A DNA stretch of 64,000 bases from Marsupella aquatica. Lineage: Eukaryota; Plantae; Marchantiophyta. The translations under genes were made by a program, and so were the position numbers. Below, piece by piece: positions 37,515 to 51,243 of this stretch. The stretch spans positions 24,121,438 to 24,185,437 of the forward strand of contig OZ316895.1 of assembly GCA_973895155.1 (NCBI GenBank). The letters are read 5' to 3'. Position 1 is the stretch's first letter, and each line of letters opens with the position of its first letter. The notes under the pieces are model-generated. The model did no database searches. It was not told the DNA's origin and worked only from the letters and a program-made list of their open reading frames with translations.

Positions 37515-40500
37515 ATGCCACTGAGCGGTAAGAAGGTGGTAGCGGCGTCGTACACCAGCACTGGAGGAGTGCGAATCCCCAGGGCGACGCTGGTTCCGTG
37601 CTTGACGTGCCCGCTGTGCACCAATTTGTTTCGCGAGGCGACCACCATCTCCGAGTGTCTCCACACCTGTATGTCACCATATACCATCACCACGATGCTC
37701 CCAAGAGCCTCTGTCTTGTCTTTCTTCGCTCGTAGACTCGTTAGTCCTGAGCTTCTCGATGTCAGCAGGTGTACATTTTCTCTCGAGTTCCGAATTCCGC
37801 ACAATTATATTCGTTCATGTTTTTATATAATAATTCCTGTGGAGTGGGTTAGACCGTTGCCGACTGACACGAAAGAGAGGGTGTTGATGCAGTGAGCTCT
37901 AGTTTGCTGGATCGCACGGAGATTCGAGACTCTTGTGTGATATTTGACGTTTGCATGTTTCCTTCTGACTGTGCGCCTAATCGATGTTACGTAATTTAAC
38001 TGAAATATAGCCTTTCTTGAATATATTAGGCTCAACTTCAGAGTGTGGAATGTGACTCCTTCGGACGTTTGTTACAGCATTATGGTTTCGGGATTGACAG
38101 CTCTATAATCATTGTTATATGTGTGCATAATTAGAGTCTCGTGCGCCCCGTACTACCGACATGGCCATGTTGAGGATGAGTTTATTGCATGCTTACGTAG
38201 GAAAGAGTGGAATACTCTGTGGTTGCGAACCTTGATTGCCGATACATCGCTGTTTCAGTTTGCAGGGAGTGTATACACAGTTGCCTGAGTGATGGCGAGA
38301 CGAACAGTTGTCCGATGTGCAATGTCAGCTTGGGAACGCTCCCCTTGGAGAAGCTGAGGTAGTCATTCCAAGGTTCTGTGCACTTTCAACGTTACGTCAC
38401 GTCAATTCTCGTCTCTTCTCTGCTCTTCTCTTCTCTGCTCTGCTCGCACTTTTGCAATGGTTTCATTTGGGGACGGTCTTGCGTTTCGCCGTCGTGTTGT
38501 CTTCCTTTTTTCCGAAATTTGCGGATGGGAATTACGGATTACTGCGAACTTTGGGAGGGAAATCGGGAGGCGTGGCGCAAGCAAGATAACCCGAATGTGT
38601 CGCGGAGCTCTGGCAAGATTGTTTTCTGTCGGGATACCTCGAATTGCTGCGAAAGCAGAAGTTTATGCGCTATTTTTAATCCCGTGTGCTCAAAGGAGCA
38701 TGCTCGAACCACACTGACCCCTCGTCTTCGAGCACGGGAAGGGCTGAGATCTGTTTGAAGCTTCGAGTTCACATTCTTGAGATTGGACTCGGTCTCAATT
38801 GCACTCCGGTTCGTGGAGGGGAAGATCTACTCTCTTATCACTGCGAGGTGCACAGTACGGTGAAATGCACTTGTGGTCTATCGTTACATGATACCATTAA
38901 CATCAGAGCAGTTTTCTAATGTCATGAGCAGAGTGAGATCTGGGTGAAAGGAAACTGAGGCGATGTCAGGGATTTCCTACCAGTGTGATTTCTGCTATAT
39001 TTAGCCTGAAAGATAGTCTTTTCGTCTCCATCCAAAACTCGCACTTTTGTTTGACGTATATTTGTTTAAGATTTCTCATCCTTTGCATCTATAACATTGT
39101 TCGGGAGCTCATGGCATAACCGGGTAATGCAGGGTGGACCATCAATTGGAAGATGTGAAGGTCAAGATCTTTCCTGATTTGTCCCGAAAGAGGAAAAATG
39201 GCCCCGGCAGTAGCCCTGCCATCTCCAGTGCTGCTGGCCCCATGCGGAGAAGAGAAAGGTCCTTATATTCCCTTGGCATTGGTGCGCAACCGTCTTTGGC
39301 AAACCCTGGGTTTGCTACTCGGACAACAAGACGCTCAAGTGGGAAATCTGTGGCTGGCAGGGATTCGAGCAGTAGTGATGATGATGAGCATGAAGCCGAT
39401 GAGATGGATGAGGAGGATGAGGAACCAACAGAGGATGACGAAGGTCCTGAAAATCAGGGAAGTGGGTTCCCCGAACCGACCAGTCCAAATGCAGCAGGTT
39501 CTGCGAGAGGGTCGGAGAATGAGCTTGACGACAGTAGTGATGAAGAAATATTACCACCCAGACCGTCAAGGGCAAAGGAAGAGCCTAGAAGAGCTCCCAT
39601 CAAAGAGGCTGCTCCCATGACAAGCTCTGACTTGGGATTGTATCTTGCACGCCGGTCTATACTTACTTCAAATGGGTTTGCCCAACCACGAGGTGGACAT
39701 GGCACCGACGGAATGGCTCCTGCTGAAAATTCTGAGGGGGAAACTCAAGAAGTTGCCGACAGCCTGTTAGCAACACTGGCAGAAGTAGCAGGTGCAGATT
39801 CCGTACATCCTGCTCGAGCTAGAAAGTCCAACCAAGCAGAGCAACCTTATCCAACTCCACACGGGCAAGCGACTGCCTCACCAGAATTAACAAGGGTCCG
39901 AGATGCCAACAACGATGCCAAATCTCTGGAGACGCGGCCCTCTCAAGCCATATCCCACGCCCTGGGTAGTACAACACAGCATCCTAGTCCCCCAAGGGCA
40001 AGACGATCTAGCCCACAACTTCAGAGAAGTCCGTCCTTGAAACTCTTTGTGAACGGTGGAGTGGAACGTCCGGCCATTTTGAAGCATCCTATTCAACCCC
40101 CACCTCCTGCAAATGGCTCCCACTTGGCTTCCACATCGTTTGCTCCAAGCGGTTGCGGCATTTGGTTTGCGCTTCAAGCCGCCCGAAATCAGTACGGCTC
40201 TGCAACTTTCTTATCTCATCGGCTTTTCGTTTTATGCCTCAAATAGTTATCCTTGTCTGGCAAAATTGTCTCCAAATCATGTATAGTAGTGTCACCTGTC
40301 AAATCTCCTCAAGTTTGTCACATGGCCTAAGCAGCACATCAAAGACTTTGAACTTCCTTTTTATGTTAATTACTTTCAAGAGAATACTGACTTGACCCCG
40401 TATTGTCATCACAGGTCTGATAACCCACTTCCACAACTGTCCAGTCCGTACCTTAGAATAAAGTATGTGATCCTTACCTGTTTTACCTGGTAGAACAAAA

Positions 40501-41371
40501 GGAAATTGATTTACCCTGCTGTAATTGTTCGACTTGGTAGCCAGTCTTGCTTTCATAAATTTCAGTACCTCGTGTAATGCAACTTGCTTTCAGTCACGAC
40601 AACTGAGCTCCTGTAATTGATCTGAAGTCATATCTCAACTTCTCCACGTCTGAAACTTCTTTGTTGTAAAACTAACTTGGATGCCATGAGAAAGATTTCT
40701 TTAAACAATCCTGGCGCACGTACAGTTCCATTTTTTTGAGGTGCCACGAGCATTCTGTTGCATGTGCAGAGATGGCAAATTGCCAGTTTCCCACGTGAAG
40801 AAATATTTGGTCAAGAAACTGGGATTGAATAATGAAACAGAGGCAAGTTTCATCTTATCTCAATATAATGCTTCGGACGGGGCCGTAGCTGAAACGAAGA
40901 TTTGTAGCAGAGACTTTTAAGCTGATGCACGAAATGTGTAGGGGAATGTATAGGTTTTTGTAGATAGCTCCGACGCATTTCTTTGCAACCTGCTAACATA
41001 CTTAATTGTTTTCTTATGCAAAAACCAATTGCATCAAATGTAACCTCTTGTCATTCATGCTAAGCTCGCAGTTGGGAAAATTCTGTTTGCTAGATGCGGA
41101 CAAGCAAGATTAACTAGATTCTTTCATGGTGTTCCAGGTGGAAATCACATGTCGGGGGCAACCAGTGGTTTCTAGCTTGCCTTTGGAAAGCGTTCGAAAT
41201 ATTTGGTTTGCAACTGCTGCTGTTCCTAACTCGAAGGATCAAGAAGACCAGGGTCAGACAACAGCTAGTGAAACCACCACCGGCTTGCTGCATCTCGATA
41301 CTAGTTCTGCAAAAGAACTAATCATGGTGCTAACCTATCAGAGGCACCGGAGAAATCCCCGCATTTGTTGA
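37515..41371 (+). CDS. BMI1: BMI1/DRIP-type PRC1 RING-finger E3 ligase with C-terminal RAWUL domain, about 555 aa, 6 exons
   Basis: Exons 37515-37668, 38259-38358, 39133-40191, 40415-40462, 40770-40842, 41138-41371, phase-compatible. RING motif LTCPLC...ATTISECLHTFCRECI...CPMC and RAWUL motifs IWFALQA, LPQLSSPYLRIKDG.LPVS.VKKYLVKKL, EVEITCRGQPV. Confidence 0.93.
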
Positions 41372-43291
41372 AGAGTAAAATTCATTTATTTCATGTTCCA
41401 GACACAGTTTTGAAGTGCTGGGATGAATCTTGTGTACAGTTAGGGGTGGAGGTACCGCCCCTCCCAGAAGAGGGCTTACAGTCTGGTGAGTTAACAAATC
41501 AATGAGTGCATTCCTCAATACCTATGTCCCAGCTTCAAATTAAAGAAATTTAGCATTCAATCAGAAGATGCGCAGTAAAGCACATGTTATGAAAGCTCAA
41601 TTCTGTACCCAATGTTATCTTGATTTTTGCCAGGGTAAGACAGACACACTAAAAACCTCCTGCAGAAGATAAATGAGAATTTCCTTCAAGTTTCCAGGGT
41701 TCTCGTGTCCAAATACGTATCTATCACGAGGTTGACACCCTTGCCCTCAAGTTGCACCCAAGAGCCATAGATCACATAAGGTGACCTTCCTGCCCTTTTA
41801 AGATTATTGTCCCTCAGGAAAGATCCTCACTTTGAGAGCCCTGGCCGTTCCATTTTGTCAGGTGAATAACCTTTCCTCCCTATTCCGGTTAGCGTCCGCC
41901 AAGAACAACTTGCGATGTCTTTGCGGACAATAGTTCTGGGCCGATTGTGTTCTTCAAGTGGAGAAGAAGCACACGAACAGGTCCTTGGATCGGGCGCGAG
42001 GTCTCTGTTTGCAGAATCTTTGTAAATGCGGTGGTGGTTACTACTTGTCCTCGGCTTAACTTTAATAGACAGTACAGAAATGGGGCTGGCATTCAGTGCA
42101 AGGCAACACACAGCCTTCAGCAAAACATCCACTAATGTGTGCCATAGACCCTTGGGACACAATTGTTAGATGTGGCTTTTGCGTCTTTGCTGCTTCCTTC
42201 TCGTCTTGCAACAAAAGATGGTACTCTGTCTTGCATGGACAAGATTTCTGACAAGATTTGGCTTAGCAATAGCAAGGAGAAGAAAGGAATTCACTCCCTT
42301 GTACAGCTGATAATCTGGGAGATAAAATGAAAGAACCAAGAGGAAGTGACTTATATTTCTGATGTAAAGAATGAACGAACCCAGAGTGTCTTTTCTTGAT
42401 GTAACCGTGAGGACTACACATTGTGTATTTGCATCAATGTCCAGATGCCTGTGTAAGTGTTATGTGCAGAAATGAAAAGTACTTGCAACATAATTGTTAT
42501 GTGCAGAAATGAAAAGTATTTGCAACATAATGGCCAAGGTAAAACACAGAGAGTGGGCTTCCATCGCAGATGACAGTACGAGTCCAGGTGAGGGTACCCA
42601 AGAGCGAGGGAGGGGATCCAGTATGGAAATGTCAAAACCGGTGTACCCATCTTCAAGGAGAATTGACAACTTAATTACTCAGGTGGCACAATTAACAGCG
42701 ATCATCCAATACAGAAATCCCAAAGCGCTTATACATAACCCTCACAAGTGCTGACAACGGCAATGACTCTAAGTAGCATAATCAGCCTGTTCATCATAGC
42801 ACCTCCTGAGTAGAGCTAACTGTAAGTATAGCTCAGTATTTGTATGTTGCACAAAACATGTCGTTATGCAGAAGATATTCTTGGGTGGAAGATGTGATTG
42901 CGCAAAAATTGTCACTCTTTGAAAGTAATACTGTAGAAAAGATTTTGTTGCGTAAAAAGATGTTGCACAAAAGATGGAAAAGAAAGAAAACGAAGTCTTG
43001 CTGCAAAACATATAGTGGAGGAAAAGATGTTGGTGCGTAAAAGAAGTTGTTGCATTTTGGAGCTCATTCTGTAGATGACACCTTGCTTAAAAGATTGGTC
43101 AGGTTTGATTTGAGGGTGTCTAAAAAATCAGTTTGATGGAAGTCCAAGATTAGCTCTTGCTCTTTCTCATTTTGTAAATGGATGACAAACATTTTTGGCA
43201 GGATAGAATATTTTAGTGTTCAATACTCATTCAACTCAAGACATCTAGGTATAGGTTCTGGTTTATCCTAATCGGCATGATAAGAGGTACT

Positions 43292-46200
43292 TTACAAAAC
43301 TAATGTATTCAGGTTATATACTTCAACAACATCTGCACTTGTCACTGCCAAGAGGTTTCCATTTGAAGAAAAAGAGAGTCCATGGGTTGCTGCAATTTAA
43401 GACAAAGAACAAATTTAGGGTTCAAAGATCCAGGGTATTCTAGTTTGCATACCATGAAAGCCCCCATAACCACTGGTTTAGGATACTTAGATGAACACAA
43501 CCTAACGATAGTTTTGGAGACTCAGATGGACACAATCTAACCGTAGTGTAGCAAAAACTGGAGCAAAGTCCTGTGAAAAGTCTAGGGGTAGTGTTATGGG
43601 AATACAATTTGATGTTTGGATTGGGTCTATTGGGGTTTGATGAGTTTATCCGAGCACCTAATCAAACCTGTGTTCTATCTGGACTTTTCTTTCCCTTGGT
43701 ACAGTCAAAATAATAAAATCTTATGGACATATGAGAGTTTGTAGATTAGAAGAAAAACCTAGTATGCACAATCTAAAATTAAAGGTGTACTAAATATGAT
43801 TGATAGAAAGAATGAGATGATATAAGTTGGAAAAGTATGACAATGAGAATTAAACTTTTTAAGAGTCCTAAGTAGCACATGATAATAAATCATAATATTT
43901 GTGGAAAAAAGACTCACCTTTCTCCATTTGGGGGAGCCCAGCTACAATCTACAAACAATTACAGTGAGTTACAAACTTCAAAGTTCCATCCCAGTTGCAT
44001 TGGGTCATCATGAAACAAATAATGCAAGAGAATTTCATTGCACTAAATTGTGAGATGTAGTAAGTCTCTAACCTTTTTAGTAGTGGTAGAGAAAAGACAC
44101 TTCTGATCTGATCCACTCCCTCCAACTGCTATGAGCTCTTTAGATATGCCTTTTCCATACTTAGCACAATAAACTCTACAACACTGCAAATAGACCAATC
44201 ATATGAAAAAACAATAAGAATAGCAATGGCTGTCTGTTAGTTAACTATTGAGTCCAATAAACTATCATTAGCCCAAAAAACTCATGTCAAGCTATCATGA
44301 TAAACCCTAAATATATATACATCTTAGATAGAAACTTTGATTATCCTTTAATATTGTTTACTTATATGCATTTGTTCTAAAATAGAAAAGAGTCTGTCTT
44401 ATTTTCATATCATGAATGAAGAATAAAATAGGTCCCCTATATGCTTCATAAATTTTGAAACTCGTAGATCTATTTAGAAATATTGAAGCATCTTTAATTT
44501 AATTCTATTTAAAATCTGAGATAATAGACACAATGTTATACCTAAGACAAAATACCTCGTCTAGTCAAGCCTCAATCATGGAGCCAAAACTACAGCATAT
44601 CTTATATCAAAACACATAATTCTAAGTATAGTCCCAACCTCATCTCCATTTTGTCGCAAAGAAATGTCTCTTAATAATCTCCCGCTTCCAAAGTCCCACT
44701 CCTTCATGTACCAGATTCAAAACATGAGTTTAGCTGTAGATATCATGTTTAACCTTGTTTAAAAATTGTATCAAGGAAATAAATTTTTAGTACTCACTAC
44801 AAAATTGGCAAGATTACTATAGAAGAAAACAAAAATGACAATACAAACATACAAAGGAAGCAAAAGTTGATACAAACCTGCAATTGTTGAGTGGCTCGCC
44901 AAGATCCGGTCAAAATCAAATCACCAATGTCATTTACATCTAAAGCATCACCACATATGAAAGGCCCAAGGATGCTCCGGACAGAATGGTGTGCTCTAGT
45001 GTCCCAAACCTGTTATCCCATTACCTATGTTAGTTCAATATTTATGGTTAGTTGAGGTGCATATACCTGCTGACATCAAATATTTTGATAGATTTTTGTT
45101 TTATTACACATTTTAACATCTTAAAAACAAACCAGCACTGAATTAGCAATTAAGTACTTTCCTGGATAGTACTATCCCATCCCCCGCTTAAAGCAACATG
45201 TGTATCTTTTGGATGCCACTTCACGGCAAACACACGATTACTATGTCCAGCAGTATTGCATCCATTTCTAGATAGAGCAGATGATCCATGTAACACAACT
45301 CAAACATGTCAATATTGACTTCAACATATTTAAAGTCTTCTGACTAAGTAGAACATTCTCTCTCTCATACATTTTAGTCACAAAAATTAGCTTTGAAATA
45401 TTTTACCTATCTGAAAACACCCCATTATTTAGCCAGTTTTTTACCTAGTCACAACTGATCAGTACTCTCTCTCACTCTCTCACTCCTCCTCCTCTGGCTC
45501 TCTACCACCCTCTTTTGCTCATTTTAGTGGCAAAAATTAGCTAGATTTGACCTCTCTGGAATGACATCATTAGCCAGTTCGTACATAGTCATTTACCCCA
45601 GTAGCTAGAGTCTACTCTTTGAAAAATGTTAGCCATTTTTTATTACAATCTGTTAGCTTTTTGTCTTCCATCTGCCAGTCTCCTTAGCCACATACCCCAT
45701 TAATTGAAAATTGGCGATAAGGAAACCTGATAGTAAAAAAGTCATCTTAGAGGGAAATCTGACAATACAAAATTAATATAGTAAAATTAGATAAGGAATG
45801 TTCTTAGCATCTCCTCTTTCACACAAGGTGGCACTTGGTGGGTGTGACAAAACCTTGTTGTGGGTGGTTTGCAATTGAGGGTGCCACTACTATTCTCTCT
45901 CCGTCTCATCAGCGCCTCGTGCATTTATTTTTAAAATTGCAAACTTTTGCAAGATTTACCACTACAGAAAGCCTATTCTGGTTTATCTTTACTTAGTCCT
46001 CCTATGTAGTTGCTAATTTACTGAATAGTAAATTGATTGAAAAGGATACCAAATTAGAGGTTTATCTTTCAAGCCCCCCAAAGATCGGCAGAGTAAACTT
46101 ATTTAGTGGTAAATGTAGTCACCGGAAAAGAAAGTAAACTCACCCTTCTTCCAGAGTTTGCAAGAGATTCCTTGTTACCGCATCATATATTCTGACCTGG

Positions 46201-49200
46201 AAAATGAATGTCCAATTTCCGCTAGTGAGATCTATAGATTAGCGTATAATTGATAAGCTATTAAACTACTGTACATTCTATTTTATGAGGCATGATAAAT
46301 ATGGGCCATTTTGGTCATAAAGAGGGCCTTTTTTTGGTTACAATGAGGGGCTCGTTAGCCCATCACTTGGAAATTGTCATGGTAATAAGCATTCATACCA
46401 CATACCTTACAATCTATGAGTCCGGAATATTAAGCATTTGTACCACATACTTTACAATCTATGCAATACAGGAGCATAGGTGCATTGTAAAAGCCTATAC
46501 TTAATTTATTGTTATGTAAATGTACCATGATACTGAGTAGGCAATCCTTGTTTGTATTTGAAGATTACCTTAAAATCTCGTCCTCCCGTAACAAATCTTG
46601 CACCACTTGGATGGAAGTCAATGGCATACACGGAATTGTTTGGCTCCTTGGAAATGCCCAAATGCATGCCCGAGGTCATGTGCCAGTAATGAATTTGACC
46701 ATTCAAGTCTAGCCAAAGAAGGTGCTTCAATAACCTATTTCATTCCTTTAATATACAATAACTTTGTAGAATTGGTCAGTTTATGACCCCAAAAGTCTAT
46801 ACTTTGTGTCTAGCTGCTTTTCCTTGATTTATCCCTTCTGTGATTATTCTCTTTGGAATTTTTTAGTGCTTAGTAGATTATAGCATGCTCATCGTGTAAA
46901 AGTTTCATTTATCTTATTGTGATGTGTAGGTGATCGAATTTATTTTTGGCTATTTATTAAGATTGAATGGGATACAACACAAGAGTACATGTCCAGGACA
47001 TGCAAAGATTATGATCAATAAAAGTACAAGTATATGGTCCAAAGGTTTCAAAGTTGTGTACGTAAGGTATTGCTCCTCACTTGCCTTTAGTAGTGATAGT
47101 CAACTTTGAGGATAATTCAAAGCACAAGGTACGTGTACACATTGTTTAGAATCATTTCTTTAACTCACTCATGAGAAGAGATAGAATCTCTCTCAAGTGG
47201 TAGAAATTCCTTGGAATTTGCTAAACTAATTGGATGCACAATGTTAAAATCTAAAATTAGTGTGAAAAAAGCTCTAGGATAGCAAACATTAAGAACAGAT
47301 ACCAAATAAATTCATAAGTCTAAATTATACTAATGATACACCTTGATGAGGCACATTAAAATATAAACACACAGAGAATAGTCTGAATATTAAGAAAAAA
47401 TACTGAAGGGTGGACATACCATATTGCAATATCAGACATGTAAGGGTACAGATTTGGATTGGGGCACTACTAAACTTCTCCTCTACTTATACTGGATACT
47501 GGAAATAAAAAATCTCTAAGGCCTTTAGAGTGTGTTAACACCCTGTGACAAGAGCATTATTGGCAACAATAGCCCCTTACACTGGAGTTAAAGTCCTCAT
47601 TTTGGGTGACAGTATGGCCATATTGCTCTGTCAGTGGTGCGTTACTACATATACTCACCTCTACTAGACTATTTATTGGTTCCTTGTCCATTGCTGAAAA
47701 GAGTAAACATGAAAAAAATGCCCAGAGTTTGGACTCATACTGTACAAGGTCTCAGACTTATGAAATATCAGTTTTATTTGAATCTCCATCTTTCAAAAAT
47801 AGAACATAACCCAACTCCACAAATTTTCCCCTATACTAGTAGGGCTCATTACATTGTTAGGACATCTAAACTTGTCATGAATGCCTTTGTGAGATTGAAG
47901 TCTTATTCCTCCTTTGCTTAACCATACCCTAAACAGTTTCATCAGCATACACTGTCTAAAAATACTCAAATCATATGGTAACAAAACATCTACTGTTGTT
48001 GGGCATCAAGGAGTACTGCATACCACAACTTAGGAGGACATTATATGAAGAATCTCCAGGTTGACATGGGCGAGTACACAAAGCTGTGCAAGCCCACCGC
48101 TTCTTGAGGCCAGGTTGGCACAAGTCTAATGTGAATGCTAACCGTCCATCATCCACATCACGAATCTGTGGTCAACAAAGGGCATTCTTCAGAATTACAC
48201 AAATTGGAGATCTTAGACAACTAAATGATCTATTGTTTTGTAAGAGAATTTCGTTACATGAGCCTCCATGCACATTCTTTGCATCTTAATAGACATGACA
48301 AAAATCTTCATGCACGCTCATCATTTTTTTAGATACATAATGCCCCATACTTCTTTCCTTGGACATAAATTGGGTGAGCCCTAAGGTTACTGTCTAGAGT
48401 CTTCACTCTAGAAGCACAGACCTCATAGCTAGCTTATGTTCCCAGTCTGTATATGAAAATATACAGTCTGAATATGAAAATATTCTCTTACCAGAGATAT
48501 TTTGTTTACTTACCAGCATGGATACCTCGTGCCTATGCACAGGAGGGCTTCCCATGCCCATGCCCAGGCTCTTTGTCCAATACAGTCTAAACATGAAAAT
48601 TAATATTCTCTTACCAGAGATATTGCAGTCTATAGCTTCACAATCGAGTGTAGGTCATGAACAGTAAACTTTGATCAGTAACTATTGCAACTATTGCATA
48701 GATGAGCACAATAGAAAAACTTGGAGACCATAGAGTACCTGTACGAAACCTGCTCTGATGCCAATGGCAAGCCACTTTCCATCAAGAGAAAACTGAGAGC
48801 ATGAAGCTGGCATCGACTCACTTCTGCACATTGATTTGATCCATAAAAAATGTCGTTTTTACTTCATGGTACATTCCATCAAAATTCAGCAATGGAATCG
48901 AAATTGAAAAATTGACAAAAGATTTAACTGTGATCACAACTGGAGATATAACCTTTTCAAACAGTTTGCCCAATTGCTACAGGACTAGTAACTTAATCCA
49001 GCTATAATGGGGGAGAGCCAGCTATGACCATGTTCACTTTTTCATCCTAGTCAATTGCCTGTGATTGTCTTCTATTTCTCAAAGCTCAATTTAAGTGCAT
49101 TCAACTATTCTTTGAGGTTATGATTCAGAAAACGCTTCTTAGCTTCAAACTCATCTATCAATTCTCAAAATTGGCTTTCTTATCATGAATGATAGCAGTT

Positions 49201-49484
49201 TCAAATAAAAACAATGCAACTATGAACTTTTCTCAATGGTCAATTTAGTATTGAAAGGTTGGGTGGTCTCACAAGGCAATTCTGCACGAAGGCTGAAGCT
49301 GGATCACATTGGAATTTTGAGTATATCGGTTATTTGGAGTATTTTGAGATTTGGCTGTCCTTTCAGGCTGGAACTCCCACTCATAGTTGGAGTCTTCTTT
49401 CTCATCATCAGTAAATGGTCCCTCCTTAGAAAAAAAGTCCTCTTCATACTCTTCGATACGTGTTGAGTGAGAGAACCAATCCAT
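43292..49484 (-). CDS. WD40-repeat beta-propeller protein, about 398 aa, 12 exons
   Basis: Exons 49484-49273, 48976-48953, 48823-48739, 48165-48024, 46708-46569, 46196-46144, 45267-45162, 45009-44878, 44701-44639, 44183-44073, 43948-43918, 43389-43292 total 1197 nt in one open frame. WD motifs VYAIDFHPSGARFVTGGRDFKVRIYD and GHSNRVFAVKWHP...SGGWDSTIQVWD. Needs a GA donor at 45161; the first two exons are less certain. Confidence 0.8.
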
Positions 49485-51076
49485 AGCTAGCATATTAATG
49501 ACTTAAGTCTTGGGATAAATTAGTCCTTGATGATCTGAAATTATGCCAACAATCTCATCACATATCATGAGCTCAAAAATAAACCACTGAAGAACTTGTA
49601 ACCATACTTTCACTCTTTGATACTTGGAAACGTTTTGCATTGATAAAGAAGTTGTTGGACGTAGATGTACTTGGGAAGTGTCAGTTACCTTATGTTCATT
49701 TTTCATGATGTGAAGTGAATCCAATGTTTTCTGTCCAACTTTTTGAGCCTATATAGCTGCCTCAACAAGCATTCATGCACCATTGACATCATGAATTAAT
49801 TCATAGCATCCTTCCAGATAATGTGTCTGATGTCTTGTCTTTCTAGTTTTATACATACTTATAAAGCTAGGAACAGAGAACAAAAGCTAAGGACCCCACT
49901 CAGGCTTGGGGTGAAAGTTCAATCCTCGGCTGGACAGCGTTGCTCCAGGTTTTGCTCTTCCATGTAATATGGTTTCTGCTCCAAACTGGGCTGATTTAAT
50001 GTATTATGCACCACAAGCATTTGTAGTACTTGTAGGTTAAATATGCATATAAAATTACAAACTGGACTTCTTCCAGCCCGGAAGCCAGTTGGGTGACTTG
50101 CTCAAAGGTGATTTCCCTTACAACAATCAATGCAAACGAGATTTATAACGTGTACAACAGGTGTGTGTCATGAGGGGCACAGAAACCTGAAAGCAATATA
50201 AGGGTGCTCCAACTTTAAGCAACCTTCCCGGGAACCTTCCCCAAATGGTATTGGAACACTTTTAGTACTATTGTATCTAGATACATCAACAAAACAATTT
50301 TATGTGAGCCAATACATGTAATTATAAAAATAGGGCCAACACTTTGAAGCCCATGAGCAGTGCAGAGAGGGCACAAGCAGAACACTACAGACAAATAAAA
50401 CTATTTCATTTTCTTTTGGGGGATCCTCACAACTTCAGTACACAACTATTGAGCTTCTAAAAGATTGTCTCCTCAAAATAGTGGTGGCTTTCATGTTACT
50501 CTCATAATGATTTTAGTTAGTGACACATAAGTCATTCAAAACCATAAACTTAGGCACTACAAACACAAACATAGGGGGGCAAAAACAATTTTAAAGTCCA
50601 ATAGTACAAAAGATGCACCTTGTATAAGGCAAATCTAAATAAGAATACATGTCAAAATTCTCAATAAGACAAACTAACCTGAGTAGGCTCCCATTTGTTT
50701 TGGTGTTAGTTAATGGAGTCCCATTCTGGAACTTTATATATTGTTTAATTTTTGCATCATTCAGATTTTGCATTGCACTCTTTGCAAAAAGAGGGCTTTG
50801 GTTGAAAAGATGGCCTTTCTTAAAGAGTGTCTCTCTCCCTTGGTTCATGCCTAGATCCTGCCCAATTTCAATGCTTGTTTTCTTATTCCAGCAATAAAGC
50901 TAAAAGCCTTTACAACAAATGGGAGCAAAGGGACTAGTTTGTACTTCTATTTGGGCGATAGTGGAGGTTTATTATTTATTGAGTCTCTAGTACATTGACA
51001 TTTTTGTAGAATTAAATGCTTTGTCCACTATTTTTAGTTTGATTACTAAATTTTCACCTTTTCAATGGCAGGTTAA

Positions 51077-51243
51077 ACCACCACTGGCTATATATAAGAG
51101 GGAAGTGTCCAAGACTTCCCCATTGTACACATTCCACTCACTTTTATCCTCTTCCATGCAAGTTTGTTCCATGATTTCAGGAAAATGTTCTTTGTCATGA
51201 TAGCTACAGGTAAGCCTTAGGATTTAAAGGGGGAATGTGTGGT
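51077..51243. mobile_element. Short MITE-like element (copy 2, 167 bp)
   Basis: Bounded by TTAA|ACCAC ... GTGGT|TTAA; homologous to 9457-9617. Confidence 0.6.

Noticed and set aside
36786-37680. 292-aa and 177-aa minus-strand ORFs
   Set aside because: Antisense to the purine-rich BMI1 leader and exon 1; low complexity with no recognisable motifs.
42494-42754. 86-aa ORF with gag-like NLITQVAQLTAII
   Set aside because: It starts in a short tandem duplication and has no further retroelement motifs or LTRs.
49880-49940. tRNA/SINE-like B-box GTTCAATCC
   Set aside because: No A-box or cloverleaf could be built.
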